From: an uncultured Alphaproteobacteria bacterium
GTDB lineage: Bacteria; Pseudomonadota; Alphaproteobacteria; RF32; CAG-239
Direction of reading: 5' to 3'
Length of the DNA: 64,000 nucleotides
NCBI GenBank assembly: GCA_949297145.1
Contig: CASFQO010000002.1
Location: forward strand, 250,804 to 314,803
Part shown: positions 10,155 to 19,897 of the stretch, in pieces
Layout: every line of letters starts with the position of its first letter
Numbering within the stretch: position 1 is the stretch's first letter
The notes under the pieces: generated by a model
Told to the model about the DNA's origin: nothing
What the model saw: only the letters and a program-made list of their open reading frames with translations
The model's database searches: none
Position numbers and translations under genes: made by a program

Positions 10155-10245
10155 TAATTTCATGCTTTAAGCATCCGTCAGACTTTTAAGTAAAAGCAAG
10201 CCCTATTAACAAACAACGCTCACCCTCAACCAAAAGCCTATTGGC

Positions 10246-10788
10246 TTAGTTTGCTTGAGCTTCAGCCTTAGCTTCCGGTTCAGCCTTAACAGCAGCATCA
10301 GCTGATTGATTATTATAAGCTTTTTCCTGCTTTTTAGCTTCATCAGGAGTTCTTGCAACATTAACCAAGATAGTTTGAGAAACTTCTGGGTGCAAGCTCA
10401 ATTTAACCGGATAGATGCCCAAATATTTAATCGGCTTATCCAAAGCAACGAAACGACGTTCCAAAGCAACACCGGATTCGTTAATAGCTTGAGCAATATC
10501 ACGAATGGTAACAGAACCATAGAGTTGCCCTGTTTCAGCAGCTTGACGAATAACAACAGCAGAAAAACCTTTTAATTCTTCAGCTTTTTTGTTAGCTTCA
10601 TCAAAGAGAGCCTTGTTACGAGCTTCTAATTCTGCGCGTTGTTTTTCAAAGAAAGCAACATTAGCTTCAGTAGCGCGCAAAGCTTTATTTTGAGGCAACA
10701 AATAGTTACGAGCGTAACCGTTTTTAACATGAACTTTATCGCCCATTTTGCCTAATTTTTCGACATGTTCCAAAAGAATGATTTCCAT
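10246..10788 (-). CDS. rplI: 50S ribosomal protein L9
   Basis: N-terminus MEIILLEHVEKLGKMGDKVHVKNGYARNYLLPQNKA is the classic L9 signature. It is the last gene of the S6-S18-L9 order. Confidence 0.95.
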   Translation of the reverse strand: MEIILLEHVEKLGKMGDKVHVKNGYARNYLLPQNKALRATEANVAFFEKQRAELEARNKALFDEANKKAEELKGFSAVVIRQAAETGQLYGSVTIRDIAQAINESGVALERRFVALDKPIKYLGIYPVKLSLHPEVSQTILVNVARTPDEAKKQEKAYNNQSADAAVKAEPEAKAEAQAN

Positions 10789-10800
10789 TGTTCCATCTCC

Positions 10801-11022
10801 TTAGTTAGCAACATACGGCAAGAGAGCAACATAGCGAGCGCGTTTAATAGCACGAGCGATTTCTCTCTGGGTTTTAGAGGTTACGTTAGTGATACGGCTA
10901 GGCATAATTTTGCCTTTTTCCGAGATATAGCGAGAAAGAAACTTTGTATCTTTATAATCAATAACAAAATTAGAATTATCGCTAAAATTTTTTCTTTTAA
11001 AAAATGCTTTATTAGCCATCAT
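10801..11022 (-). CDS. rpsR: 30S ribosomal protein S18
   Basis: [38 protein letters not shown] matches the S18 core. Confidence 0.95.
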   Translation of the reverse strand: MMANKAFFKRKNFSDNSNFVIDYKDTKFLSRYISEKGKIMPSRITNVTSKTQREIARAIKRARYVALLPYVAN

Positions 11023-11033
11023 TCCATCTCCTA

Positions 11034-11363
11034 TTATTGAGCAGCTTCATCAGCAGCTTTATCATCTTTGCTGCTAAATTCTTCAACTTTAACCGTCATA
11101 TAGCGGATAATATCTTCGTTCAAACGAGCCAAGCGTTCAAATTCAAAGATAGCGTTAGCCGGAGCTGAAATATTCAAAACAACATAGTAACCTTTACGGT
11201 TCTTTTTAATGCGGTAAGCCAGGTTTTTCAAGCCCCAGTTATCAACACTAACAACTTCGCCGCCTTCTTTTTTAACAGCTTCAGACAAAGTTGCAACAAT
11301 GTCATTAACTTGAGACTGACCGAGATCCTGACGTGCAATCAACATACTTTCGTATTTAGTCAT
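11034..11363 (-). CDS. rpsF: 30S ribosomal protein S6
   Basis: S6-like [14 protein letters not shown]...[10 protein letters not shown] with an acidic tail. It is the first gene of the S6-S18-L9 order. Confidence 0.92.
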   Translation of the reverse strand: MTKYESMLIARQDLGQSQVNDIVATLSEAVKKEGGEVVSVDNWGLKNLAYRIKKNRKGYYVVLNISAPANAIFEFERLARLNEDIIRYMTVKVEEFSSKDDKAADEAAQ

Positions 11364-11544
11364 CTAAAAAAATCTCCTTATGGATTCTCAACAAAATTAA
11401 TGTATAGCCGTAGAAACGATTTCCTACAGCAAGGACACTGCGAAATATAACAAAATAATTTTAAATTGCAAGCACTTTTTACACCCATAATTATCCCTAT
11501 TTAAAGCATTTACTCTCCATTGATACAATAAAAGCATTTTTTTC

Positions 11545-11573
11545 TTGCAGAGCTAAAGAAAACGCGCTATACT
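11545..11573 (+). promoter_or_regulatory. sigma70-type promoter candidate
   Basis: TTGCAG (11545-11550), 17 nt spacer, TATACT (11568-11573), 30 nt before the 91-aa ORF. Confidence 0.4.
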
Positions 11574-11603
11574 AAAAGCTCAATAACTAATTTTTATTAT
11601 ATT

Positions 11604-11879
11604 ATGATGGAACAGTACATTTCATGCAGACAAAGCAACCAAGAAGTTGCCGCTGCGCAGTCAAGAGAATTAAATCCGGCAGAACAGATTGAACTCATCT
11701 GCCTAAATGACGAAGAATTCTTAAAAGGCTATATAAGCGATAATCGCTTTGATGCCGAGGTAGAAAAAAGTTTTGTAGAATTCGGTAAAATTGCTATGAT
11801 TCTGTTTTACCGCAGAATACATGGCTTGACCGAGGCAGCAAAACAAATTTTTAACCTGCGCTTTGGCAATTTATTGTAG
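11604..11879 (+). CDS. hypothetical protein, 91 aa
   Basis: The ORF is bracketed by a promoter candidate and a terminator (11899-11937). No motif recognised. Confidence 0.45.
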   Translation: MMEQYISCRQSNQEVAAAQSRELNPAEQIELICLNDEEFLKGYISDNRFDAEVEKSFVEFGKIAMILFYRRIHGLTEAAKQIFNLRFGNLL

Positions 11880-11898
11880 CGCTGCATAAAAAACAAAC

Positions 11899-11937
11899 AG
11901 AAAGTCTCTGCCCTCACCGGCAAAGACTTTCTTTTTT
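11899..11937 (+). terminator. rho-independent terminator
   Basis: AGAAAGTCTCTGCC / GGCAAAGACTTTCT stem (one mismatch) followed by T6. Confidence 0.7.
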
Positions 11938-11987
11938 ATTGTCTCAAAAGAAAAGATAAAAAAGTTGTTTTTAGGCACAAAAAAAGC

Positions 11988-12016
11988 TTGACGCAACCGA
12001 TGTTATTACCTATCTA
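11988..12016 (+). promoter_or_regulatory. sigma70-type promoter candidate
   Basis: TTGACG (11988-11993), 17 nt spacer, TATCTA (12011-12016). Confidence 0.45.
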
Positions 12017-12052
12017 ATCAATCGGTTAAATATTATTTTAAACTTAATTATC

Positions 12053-12880
12053 ATGGAAAAAAACATTAAAATTATTATCCGCAAATTAAATGCAATTGGA
12101 AACCAAATCGGTTACCCGTACTATTTTTATCCGGACGGCACCTATGGCAAAGAAAACATCAATGCCATCGTTAGCATTAAGGGGCCCCTCGGACAAGTGA
12201 AATTAAAAGAAGCCGCACCGACATACGCTTCTGTTGCCGAGCTTTATACGAAAGCTCTTGAAAAAGCAAATGTCCTGGACTATCTTTATTCAGACGGAAC
12301 TATTAGCCCCAAGCGCCTTAATCTGGAAATCGCCGGCGTTATCGGGTGGAAGAACCCTGATAAAGATGCGCCCATCGGCAAACGCGCCTTGTGCTTTACG
12401 TTTAACGGGTGGAAATATGATGACTTTATGAGTAACAACGACTTTAGTCAAAACAATCAATTTTCACCGCATAACATCAACAGCCCGCAAGGCATAAAAA
12501 ACAGTCAGCTTCTGCAAGACTTATCCGAGCAAAATCTCGTTAATATTCTGGCAGTCAATCATTGCTTAGAATATGCAGGCGAAGGTTTACAGGCAAATGA
12601 TTGTTTTTTGCCCTCTATCGAAGAAATCAAGCTGACCGAACCGGTATTTTTGGATTTAGTCGGAAAGATAGAAAATCTCAGTTACGGCACTTCCGATAAA
12701 GTACGTTCCAAGCGTTTTGGCACCAACTCAAGTTTATTAAAAAATTTCATTTTCACCTCAAACTTCGTGGCGCCCAATTCCATCATGTGTTATTTATATT
12801 ACCCCGGACAAGACAAAGGCAAGTTTTATGCCAAAGACTTGAACGATTGCGCCTGTATTGCTCCGGCTTTCTGGATATAA
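12053..12880 (+). CDS. hypothetical protein, 275 aa
   Basis: ORF with a promoter candidate and a strong terminator. No motif recognised. Confidence 0.65.
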   Translation: MEKNIKIIIRKLNAIGNQIGYPYYFYPDGTYGKENINAIVSIKGPLGQVKLKEAAPTYASVAELYTKALEKANVLDYLYSDGTISPKRLNLEIAGVIGWKNPDKDAPIGKRALCFTFNGWKYDDFMSNNDFSQNNQFSPHNINSPQGIKNSQLLQDLSEQNLVNILAVNHCLEYAGEGLQANDCFLPSIEEIKLTEPVFLDLVGKIENLSYGTSDKVRSKRFGTNSSLLKNFIFTSNFVAPNSIMCYLYYPGQDKGKFYAKDLNDCACIAPAFWI

Positions 12881-12897
12881 ACAACACAAGACAAACG

Positions 12898-12930
12898 AAA
12901 AAAGACACCATCTCTCGGTGTCTTTTTTTT
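12898..12930 (+). terminator. rho-independent terminator
   Basis: AGACACC / GGTGTCT stem followed by T8. Confidence 0.8.
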
Positions 12931-13025
12931 ATGACAAGAATGAGAAAAACACTTTACAAATAGGTTATTCCGCCTTATACCACGCCATAAATAAAAGAAT
13001 TTTTCTTCCAAAGGAGTAAATATCC

Positions 13026-13511
13026 ATGTCAAACGTCAAAACCAACGCGATGCGGATTTTAGATAAACACAAAATCGCCTATAAGACATATAGCTACGCC
13101 TCAACAACCGCAATTTCAGGCACCGAAGTCGCCGCGGCGCTGGGGCAAAATCCGGCTCAAGTGTTTAAGACGCTTGTCACCACCGGCAAGAGCGGCACTC
13201 ATTATGTCTTTATGCTTCCCGTTGCCGAAGAATTGGACTTAAAAAAAGCGGCACTGGCCGTTAGTGAAAAATCGGTAGAAATGTTAAAACAAAAAGACTT
13301 GCTCCCCCTAACCGGATATGTACACGGCGGTTGCTCCCCGATTGGCATGAAAAAGCAGTTTAAGACCGTGGCACACCAAACCGCTCAAGACTTTGCCACA
13401 ATTATATTCAGCGCCGGCATGATCGGCTATCAGGTAGAGTTATCGCTAAAAGATTTAGCAAGCATTATTCCGTTAACAACAGCCGACATCATCGCACATA
13501 ATGAACCATAA
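13026..13511 (+). CDS. ybaK: Cys-tRNA(Pro)/Cys-tRNA(Cys) deacylase, YbaK/EbsC family
   Basis: The length (161 aa) and the motifs TNAMRILD, VFKTLV and TGYVHGGCSPIGMKK are typical of YbaK. Confidence 0.85.
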   Translation: MSNVKTNAMRILDKHKIAYKTYSYASTTAISGTEVAAALGQNPAQVFKTLVTTGKSGTHYVFMLPVAEELDLKKAALAVSEKSVEMLKQKDLLPLTGYVHGGCSPIGMKKQFKTVAHQTAQDFATIIFSAGMIGYQVELSLKDLASIIPLTTADIIAHNEP

Positions 13512-13558
13512 AAAAGAGGCGTGCTGATAATAAGCACCCCTCTTTAAGCTACATTTGT

Positions 13559-14020
13559 TTACAGCTCACCTTTTTGATATTGCCAATAAATACGGCGAGC
13601 CTTTCTCCATGCCACAATATGCCCCACAGCAAAGATAATATTTCTGTATACATATTGCAACAGCACCGCCACGATGAATCCGGCCAAAACACCCCAAACA
13701 GCCGGCACAAAATAAAGAAACAAGGCTAACCCACCGAAAAGACCGTTTCCGGTAATGAGATTATCCAATTTTTTCTCACCTTCTGTTTTAGGCCGAAAAG
13801 CGGTTTTAGCCCAACATCTGCCACAAAAATCTTTAATTGCCGCAGCTTTGGCAAAATGCTCATAATCATCCTCAGGCACTTCAAAAGGATATTTTTCATC
13901 AAAGAGCAAGCTCTCAAAAAGTCTGAGATTATTAGTCCAATACACCACATTGTAAACAATGCAGGAAATAACGCTAATTGCAAGCAGAACAACGGCTGCA
14001 TAAAATAATAAGTCGTTCAT
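13559..14020 (-). CDS. hypothetical membrane protein, 153 aa from ATG 14020
   Basis: One N-terminal and two C-terminal hydrophobic helices. Paralog of 14142-14597. The ORF-track start at 14026 is a TTG. Confidence 0.6.
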   Translation of the reverse strand: MNDLLFYAAVVLLAISVISCIVYNVVYWTNNLRLFESLLFDEKYPFEVPEDDYEHFAKAAAIKDFCGRCWAKTAFRPKTEGEKKLDNLITGNGLFGGLALFLYFVPAVWGVLAGFIVAVLLQYVYRNIIFAVGHIVAWRKARRIYWQYQKGEL

Positions 14021-14141
14021 AACCAAAAAATTTTAAGTTCATAAAAATATTCTAACTACGCCAACTTTAGCATAAGTAATTCTTTCCGTCAACCACAAAA
14101 AAAAGAGTGCCGAAGCACTCCTAAAAAACATTGTTTTTAAT

Positions 14142-14597
14142 CTACTTCTTTTGCGCTTTGTAGAGAAACCATGCCTTTTTATATGTCTTAATTTCAAAAA
14201 ACATGGAAATGACATGCCGATAAATTCCGACAAGCACTCCTCCGAAGATAACCGCCAGTATCAAGGCTAATCCGGCCGGTAACGAAGCAAAAGATAAGAA
14301 GAGCGCAAAACCGCCGCATCTTCCCATCCATTTAGCATGATTAGATAAATTTTCTTCAGTACCGGACAATTTCCGAAACACGGTAGATATCCAGCAATAA
14401 TTAAATTCATCCACTTCAAACGGAATTCTCAACAGAATATCTTTTTCAATAAGTTCAACCGGATATTTCCTATCCTTCAACAAATGTAGAAAGATATCTA
14501 TATCTTTTTTCCGCCGCACGAGCTCATGGATAAAGCATAAAACAACGCTGAGGCACAAAAGCGCCAACCCAGCCCAAAATAATAAATCTTGTTGCAT
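14142..14597 (-). CDS. hypothetical membrane protein, paralog of 13559-14020
   Basis: Same topology and shared motifs (D.KYP.E, GG.ALFL). The start was chosen by alignment with the paralog. In-frame alternatives exist at 14618 and 14648. Confidence 0.55.
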   Translation of the reverse strand: MQQDLLFWAGLALLCLSVVLCFIHELVRRKKDIDIFLHLLKDRKYPVELIEKDILLRIPFEVDEFNYCWISTVFRKLSGTEENLSNHAKWMGRCGGFALFLSFASLPAGLALILAVIFGGVLVGIYRHVISMFFEIKTYKKAWFLYKAQKK

Positions 14598-14735
14598 AAT
14601 AAGTTTTTTTAAGTTCATAAATATAATTCGACAAAAGGAATGTACCACTTTTTCAACGCCGTGTCAACCGATAAAATACAAAAAAAGCGCCCTGCCGCGC
14701 AGAGCGACAAGGCGTTGACATCAAAGGTTTAATCC

Positions 14736-15218
14736 TTATTTCTTAGTAATTTCAATTTTACGTTTTTTACCTTTTTCATCCTGAGACTTAGGAACAATAA
14801 CCGTCAAAACACCGTTATTGAATTCAGCCTTAGCATCATCAAAGCGCAAATCCCAAGGAAGAGCGACTGTACGCTTGAATGAGCCATAAGAAAATTCAGA
14901 AAAATAGCTACCTTTACCGTGCTCTTTATGTTCTTGTTTCTTTTCACCGGAAATTGTCAAATATCCGTCAGCAGAAATTTCCAAATCAACATCTTTTTCG
15001 TTCATCCCCGGCAATTCGGCAGAAACTTTAACTTCGTTTTCATCTTCGCTGACTTCCAACTTCGGTTCAACGGCTTTAACGGCATTGTTTTCATAAGGGA
15101 AGTCCAACCAGTTATTAAAGAAGCTGTTTACCATATCGTTGAAGTCTTTACGATAGCCGTAACGAGAAGCGACATTATTGTGGTTATTATCTTTACGTGT
15201 AATCATAGAATCTGACAT
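14736..15218 (-). CDS. small heat-shock protein, Hsp20/alpha-crystallin family
   Basis: Alpha-crystallin domain: ELPGMNEKDVDLEISADGYLTISGEKK...FKRTVALPWDL..AEFNNGVLTVIVPK. ATG at 15218 is preceded by GGAGG 8 nt upstream; the ORF-track start is a TTG. Confidence 0.9.
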   Translation of the reverse strand: MSDSMITRKDNNHNNVASRYGYRKDFNDMVNSFFNNWLDFPYENNAVKAVEPKLEVSEDENEVKVSAELPGMNEKDVDLEISADGYLTISGEKKQEHKEHGKGSYFSEFSYGSFKRTVALPWDLRFDDAKAEFNNGVLTVIVPKSQDEKGKKRKIEITKK

Positions 15219-15404
15219 TATTTTATCCTCCAATTCAATCTTGCGTTCATCTCACTGCTCAGCAGTGTGTTCGCATCATGTTCTAATAATCAATTAGGAA
15301 GCGAAAAACACAAAATCAAGACTTTTGGCTAAATAAAAAATATTTTTTTTAAGTCCATATTAAGAAGAACGGCTTAAACTCAAGGAAAAGAAAGGATTTT
15401 GAAG

Positions 15405-16550
15405 ATGAAAAAAATTTTTTTAGCCTCATTTTTTATAAGCACTTTTATTTTACCTCAAACAACAACTTGGGCCAAAACCTATCCCATTTATAACTTCAGC
15501 GCCCCGCTTCTGAATGCCGTTAAAAATTGCTATAAATACAATGAAGAGTTCACAAAAATCAATCCGGATTTAACCGCATCCGAGGCAATTTGCCAGCGTT
15601 TCAATATCCGCATCAACGGCATTATGGCCGATAACCTCTGCCACGCCTCCGTCACACATAAAACTCAAAACATGGGCAAAACCGTCTATAAGTGTAAATT
15701 AAGCCGAGCTGAACGAAACGAGCTCTATCAAGCCATGCTCAACCAATCCGCCTCTCCGATAACCTCAACGTTTAGCATTAAAGAAGAGTATGAAGATGAA
15801 AAAGGCAAGCTTCATCAATCCCTCACGCCCATGACCATGACCGACACGGCTTTTAACATTGCCCTCACCAAATTAAAACACAACGCCTGCACGTCAGACT
15901 ATGAAGAACCAAATGAGAGTGAACAAAAGCTTTTCAACGAATATGTGCTGACATTTTCCGAAAATTTTCAAAACAAATTAAAAACCTGCACGCCCGCACA
16001 AGAATATATCAAAACACCCTATTTAAGCAAGCCGATAAAAATCATCGGCAAGGAAGCCAACACTTGCGTCATAGACAGTGGCACTTTTATTTACCACATT
16101 CCGATGTCAGATATCTATAAGCTCACAAATTACGACCAGTTGAGCACCTTCGCCGCCGACCCTCAAATAGCCAAATATGTTTCCACGCCGGACTTGCGTT
16201 ATGGCCTATTTGCGCTAAGCAAATGCCTCAAAGAAGAAGAGGATTATCAATCTCCCATACAAAATCAAATGATAAACAATATCCAAATGACCAAACAAAC
16301 CACCTCACATAATCAAGACCAAGATTGTGTGCTGAAATTCGTGGAAAGTGTTTCGCGTCCGGATTATTATGAAGCTTACGAAACCGTCTGCATCTTTCCG
16401 GAAGCCGAAGTCAAAGAATTATTAGCCCCTTATCAAAAGATTTTAGCCACGGCTTCACAAACGCAAATATCCCAAACAACGCAAAACGCCGCGCAAAAGC
16501 TCTATGAAACGTTAAATAAAAAAGGCTATTGCCACCTAAACTCTCTTTAA
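15405..16550 (+). CDS. hypothetical secreted protein, 381 aa
   Basis: Signal peptide MKKIFLASFFISTFILPQTTTWA. ATG at 15405 has an AAAGGA RBS. Cys-rich. Confidence 0.7.
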   Translation: MKKIFLASFFISTFILPQTTTWAKTYPIYNFSAPLLNAVKNCYKYNEEFTKINPDLTASEAICQRFNIRINGIMADNLCHASVTHKTQNMGKTVYKCKLSRAERNELYQAMLNQSASPITSTFSIKEEYEDEKGKLHQSLTPMTMTDTAFNIALTKLKHNACTSDYEEPNESEQKLFNEYVLTFSENFQNKLKTCTPAQEYIKTPYLSKPIKIIGKEANTCVIDSGTFIYHIPMSDIYKLTNYDQLSTFAADPQIAKYVSTPDLRYGLFALSKCLKEEEDYQSPIQNQMINNIQMTKQTTSHNQDQDCVLKFVESVSRPDYYEAYETVCIFPEAEVKELLAPYQKILATASQTQISQTTQNAAQKLYETLNKKGYCHLNSL

Positions 16551-16571
16551 GCCTATTTGGGAGATACAAAA

Positions 16572-16595
16572 AAGAGGAGTTTTACCCCTCCTCTT
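16572..16595. terminator. bidirectional terminator hairpin between convergent genes
   Basis: AAGAGGAG / CTCCTCTT stem. The U-run is stronger on the minus strand. Confidence 0.55.
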
Positions 16596-16650
16596 TGAAC
16601 CGTAGTTTGCACAGCCCTGACCTATCCGCGATAAAAGCCCATAATAGCCC

Positions 16651-17121
16651 TTATTTATCTTTGAGCAACATCTCAAAAATTTTCGATTTACCCTTAGGAT
16701 TAGTCACCGTCACAAAAGCTTTCTGACAATCGGCATACCGAATTTGCAACAGGATTTTATACCCGTCTTCCACAAAACTTTTTTCCTGCACTTTCCGCAC
16801 ATCCAACATTGTATCGTTCCCTTTCCGATAAACGCTGAAGTACGGAAATCCTTTGTAGCGCAAAAACAAACACCCAACCGCCAAACATCTGGGGTTTTCA
16901 ACAGTTCCCCACAAAAATGTATCATAATTTCGCAAAAAGAATTCATCATGTCTATCCGGACTGATTAAATACTTTTCACCATCATGATAAAGTTCCTTCC
17001 ACGAAGAGTAAATAGATTTCCCTCCGCCAGTACCAACCATCAAAGCGCATCCTGTCAAGAAAATGCACAGAAAAGCCCAGACTATCGTCAGAACAGTTCC
17101 AACTTTAATAACTTTTTTCAT
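16651..17121 (-). CDS. hypothetical lipoprotein, 156 aa
   Basis: MKKVIKVGTVLTIVWAFLCIFLTGC has a lipobox (LTGC). Start taken at ATG 17121. Confidence 0.65.
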   Translation of the reverse strand: MKKVIKVGTVLTIVWAFLCIFLTGCALMVGTGGGKSIYSSWKELYHDGEKYLISPDRHDEFFLRNYDTFLWGTVENPRCLAVGCLFLRYKGFPYFSVYRKGNDTMLDVRKVQEKSFVEDGYKILLQIRYADCQKAFVTVTNPKGKSKIFEMLLKDK

Positions 17122-17297
17122 AATGATATCAGAATAAATAAACAACTGATACCAATGTAGAAAAACAAGCCCGCCTTGTCCAGTGATTTATAAAATAATA
17201 CGCTGTTTTTTCATATCTTTCATAAAAAATGGATAAAAAAGGTAAAAAGACAAAAAAGGAGAAGCATATTGCCTCTCCCCTCCTTCTGTTATAGAGC

Positions 17298-17726
17298 CTA
17301 CCACTGATACGGCAGCAAGATAAACTGTCTGCGGTATCCGTATGGGTTTGTAATGTAGACACTTTCCCAACCGGCGTTGAGAACTTCTACCAAATACCCA
17401 TTGACTCTATATTTTCTTTCGCCTCGCTCGGGAATGACGACAATTTGTCCGTTTCCTTCGCGAACAACAATGTTGTTTCCCTGGTCCAATGATATAATCA
17501 AAGAACCGATTTGGAGCTGATATGGATGTTCACCACCCCAAACCGTACAGTTGTACTGCGGAAGGTAAACACTACCGCAATAAACCGAATATCCGGAATA
17601 AAGCGGACCACATTCCATAGCCTCCATATAGGCAATATCGTGCGACAAAACCGCCAATGAATAGCAGCTTGTCATCATCACAGTAGCTATCGCCGCCATG
17701 ATGAAAATATATATTTTTCTTCTCAT
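17298..17726 (-). CDS. hypothetical lipoprotein, 142 aa
   Basis: MRRKIYIFIMAAIATVMMTSC is a signal peptide with a lipobox-like cysteine. Confidence 0.6.
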   Translation of the reverse strand: MRRKIYIFIMAAIATVMMTSCYSLAVLSHDIAYMEAMECGPLYSGYSVYCGSVYLPQYNCTVWGGEHPYQLQIGSLIISLDQGNNIVVREGNGQIVVIPERGERKYRVNGYLVEVLNAGWESVYITNPYGYRRQFILLPYQW

Positions 17727-17908
17727 AATAATAAATGTTTTAGAGCTTAAGTATACGCCATTTTAAAGATTTAATCAATAGTTTTTTTAACCTCACACAA
17801 TAGCTTTCACTCAGCAAAAAGCTCTTAAAAATTATCACAAATACCCCTGGTAGGTAACAAAAAAGGAGAGCCAACCTCTCCTTTTTCAATTGAATCAATT
17901 GTCCAATA

Positions 17909-18697
17909 TTACAAAGAAACAATTTCACCGTCATCGGGCACAATAACTTGCGCCTCTAAATGATGTTCAGAAACAAAATCTTTAACCTCATGACGCCCGA
18001 TCATCGCATGCGGAACGGCATCCAAGTGCGTAATAATCACTTTTGCCTCTGGCGCGGCCAAACAAACTTGCCTCATATCATCAAGCCCCATAATGATAGA
18101 GCCGCTATCCGTAAATTGAGCATCGGCAGCGTTAAGCGCAATGATTTCAGGATGATATTTCTTGAGCGTCTTTTCAACATTATCAAACCAAATCGTATCA
18201 CCGGCTAAATAAAATGTCTTTTCATCCTTGTTTTCAAAAACCACCCCGCTTGCCGTCGCGCGCAAGTGAGTTGCGTCATAATATTTTTGTGTTGTTTCCG
18301 GATGTCCGTGCAAACAATCCACCCTAAATAACGTCACGTCATTAAAGCGCACCCCGTCATAGCTGAGCCGCCGCACATCAGAAAAGCCAAACGCTTTAAT
18401 CATTTCGGCATCTGTTTCATCTTGCACAAACAGCGGTATGTTTTTAGCCAATACTTTTGCGGCAAATTCGTCAAAATGATCCGGATGCATATGCGTCACA
18501 ATAACGGCATCAACGTCTTGCACAATTTTTTCACCATCCAGCGGAAGGTCTGCCGTCGGCCAACGCTTATCCGGAAAATGACAAACTTCCAATGGCGGAT
18601 AAAAATCTTTTGGCGCAAAAAACGGATCAATCAAAAACGTACATCCGCCATACATAAGTTTAACCGTTGCGCCGCGAATTTGTTGAAATTGCATCAA
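17909..18697 (-). CDS. MBL-fold metallo-hydrolase
   Basis: Contains the HxHxDH motif (THMHPDHFD), with downstream His and Asp residues spaced as in the beta-lactamase fold. Confidence 0.85.
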   Translation of the reverse strand: MMQFQQIRGATVKLMYGGCTFLIDPFFAPKDFYPPLEVCHFPDKRWPTADLPLDGEKIVQDVDAVIVTHMHPDHFDEFAAKVLAKNIPLFVQDETDAEMIKAFGFSDVRRLSYDGVRFNDVTLFRVDCLHGHPETTQKYYDATHLRATASGVVFENKDEKTFYLAGDTIWFDNVEKTLKKYHPEIIALNAADAQFTDSGSIIMGLDDMRQVCLAAPEAKVIITHLDAVPHAMIGRHEVKDFVSEHHLEAQVIVPDDGEIVSL

Positions 18698-18862
18698 ATC
18701 CTCCTAAAATTATTCATCAAACCTATTAAAAAATTTAGTATTTAAGACCAAGATACCCTCGGTCACAATACCCATATGGGTATATAGCTATAAAATTCCC
18801 CTTTGTCAAGCCATAAAAACATCAGATTGCTTCCAACCCCATCCTAAAATATTCCAACCAAT

Positions 18863-18889
18863 AAAAAAGCACCCCTTCTAAAGAGCGCT
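18863..18889 (-). terminator. rho-independent terminator (same sequence family as 19898-19924 and 20118-20145)
   Basis: On the minus strand: AGCGCUCUU / AAGGGGUGCU 9-bp stem (3 G.U) followed by U6, directly after the stop at 18891. Confidence 0.7.
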
Positions 18890-18890
18890 A

Positions 18891-19253
18891 TTAGTCACTA
18901 CGGCATCTATGCTCATTGTAATCATATACTTGACCGTTTTGCAAACAAAAAGCCACCGTTCTTGCTTCATAAATACCTGACACCAGATTATTCATGGCAC
19001 AATACCCTATAAAAGACACTACCGAGATGATGTATAGAATACGTTTATAACGAAATCTAAAAAAGAAAGCACAACCTAAAGAAATAAAACAAACAAGCAT
19101 TACAAAGGCATATGCAAATAAAACAATCCCCCTTATTGAGTTTTGAACAATAAAATAATCTTCTAAAAATGCTATCAATAACAAAGATAGAATAATGAAC
19201 TTAAAACTCAGGAATATTACCTTTTGTAATGTTATTTTTGTCATTTTACACAT
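18891..19253 (-). CDS. hypothetical small membrane protein, 120 aa
   Basis: Start at ATG 19253, 8 nt after the stop of the upstream SAA-like gene; the longer ORF-track start overlaps that gene. It has 3-4 hydrophobic helices and a Cys-containing tail. Confidence 0.6.
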   Translation of the reverse strand: MCKMTKITLQKVIFLSFKFIILSLLLIAFLEDYFIVQNSIRGIVLFAYAFVMLVCFISLGCAFFFRFRYKRILYIISVVSFIGYCAMNNLVSGIYEARTVAFCLQNGQVYDYNEHRCRSD

Positions 19254-19260
19254 TTCCTCT

Positions 19261-19791
19261 TCAATATCTTTTATAGTGTGTCGGACACGTTTCTTGTAAA
19301 CTTTTTCCTTGTCTAGCCCCTTCTCTCCCACGAGCATTTGCCCATAAATCACGCTTACAATCATCTATTGGATATTTAAAAATATCTTTTGCCTCTTTCA
19401 AATACCCACCAATAGTTGATACAACCGAGCCATACTTTCCCCGAGAAGCTGCCTCATAATGAGCTTTACAATGAAAGAACGTATCGCTAGTCTTCAATTC
19501 AAGTTCATTCATTTTATTAAAATTACGCCATAAATCTTTAACAGGAGCAACCAAGCCACTTCTAACTTTACCTTTAGGATATTGATAATCTTTTATATAA
19601 TTGTCAAGTTCTTTTGCTGTGGCATCTCCATAATGTTGGGTTTCTTTTGTCTCATCAATTCCCTGCTCTTTCATCAACATCTTAATCACTGTCCGGCGAT
19701 TGGATAAATCAAGCTTATTAATTGCCTCACGTTGATGATCTGTAATATTTAACTCACTAGGTATTTCCATAAAAAAATCAAAATCAGACAT
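19261..19791 (-). CDS. serum amyloid A (SAA)-like domain protein, 176 aa
   Basis: The C-terminal ~100 aa aligns without gaps to remembered human SAA1. [36 protein letters not shown] matches [51 protein letters not shown] matches DSLADQAANEWGRSG. Confidence 0.7.
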   Translation of the reverse strand: [176 protein letters not shown]

Positions 19792-19897
19792 ATTAAATTC
19801 CTTTCATAAAAAAAACGGCTAACATTTTGCCAACCGTTGCATTTAAACCAAAGAGCCGTACTCTCATATGCAGCTCAAGACACAAATAATCAGATAC

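Noticed and set aside
15219-15320. A ROSE-type RNA thermometer or sigma32 promoter upstream of hsp20.
   Set aside because: The 5' UTR has a hairpin (CACUGC/GCAGUG), but I found no anti-SD pairing with GGAGG. A CTTG-N17-CCTAAT match to the alphaproteobacterial RpoH consensus is only partial. This is too weak to call.
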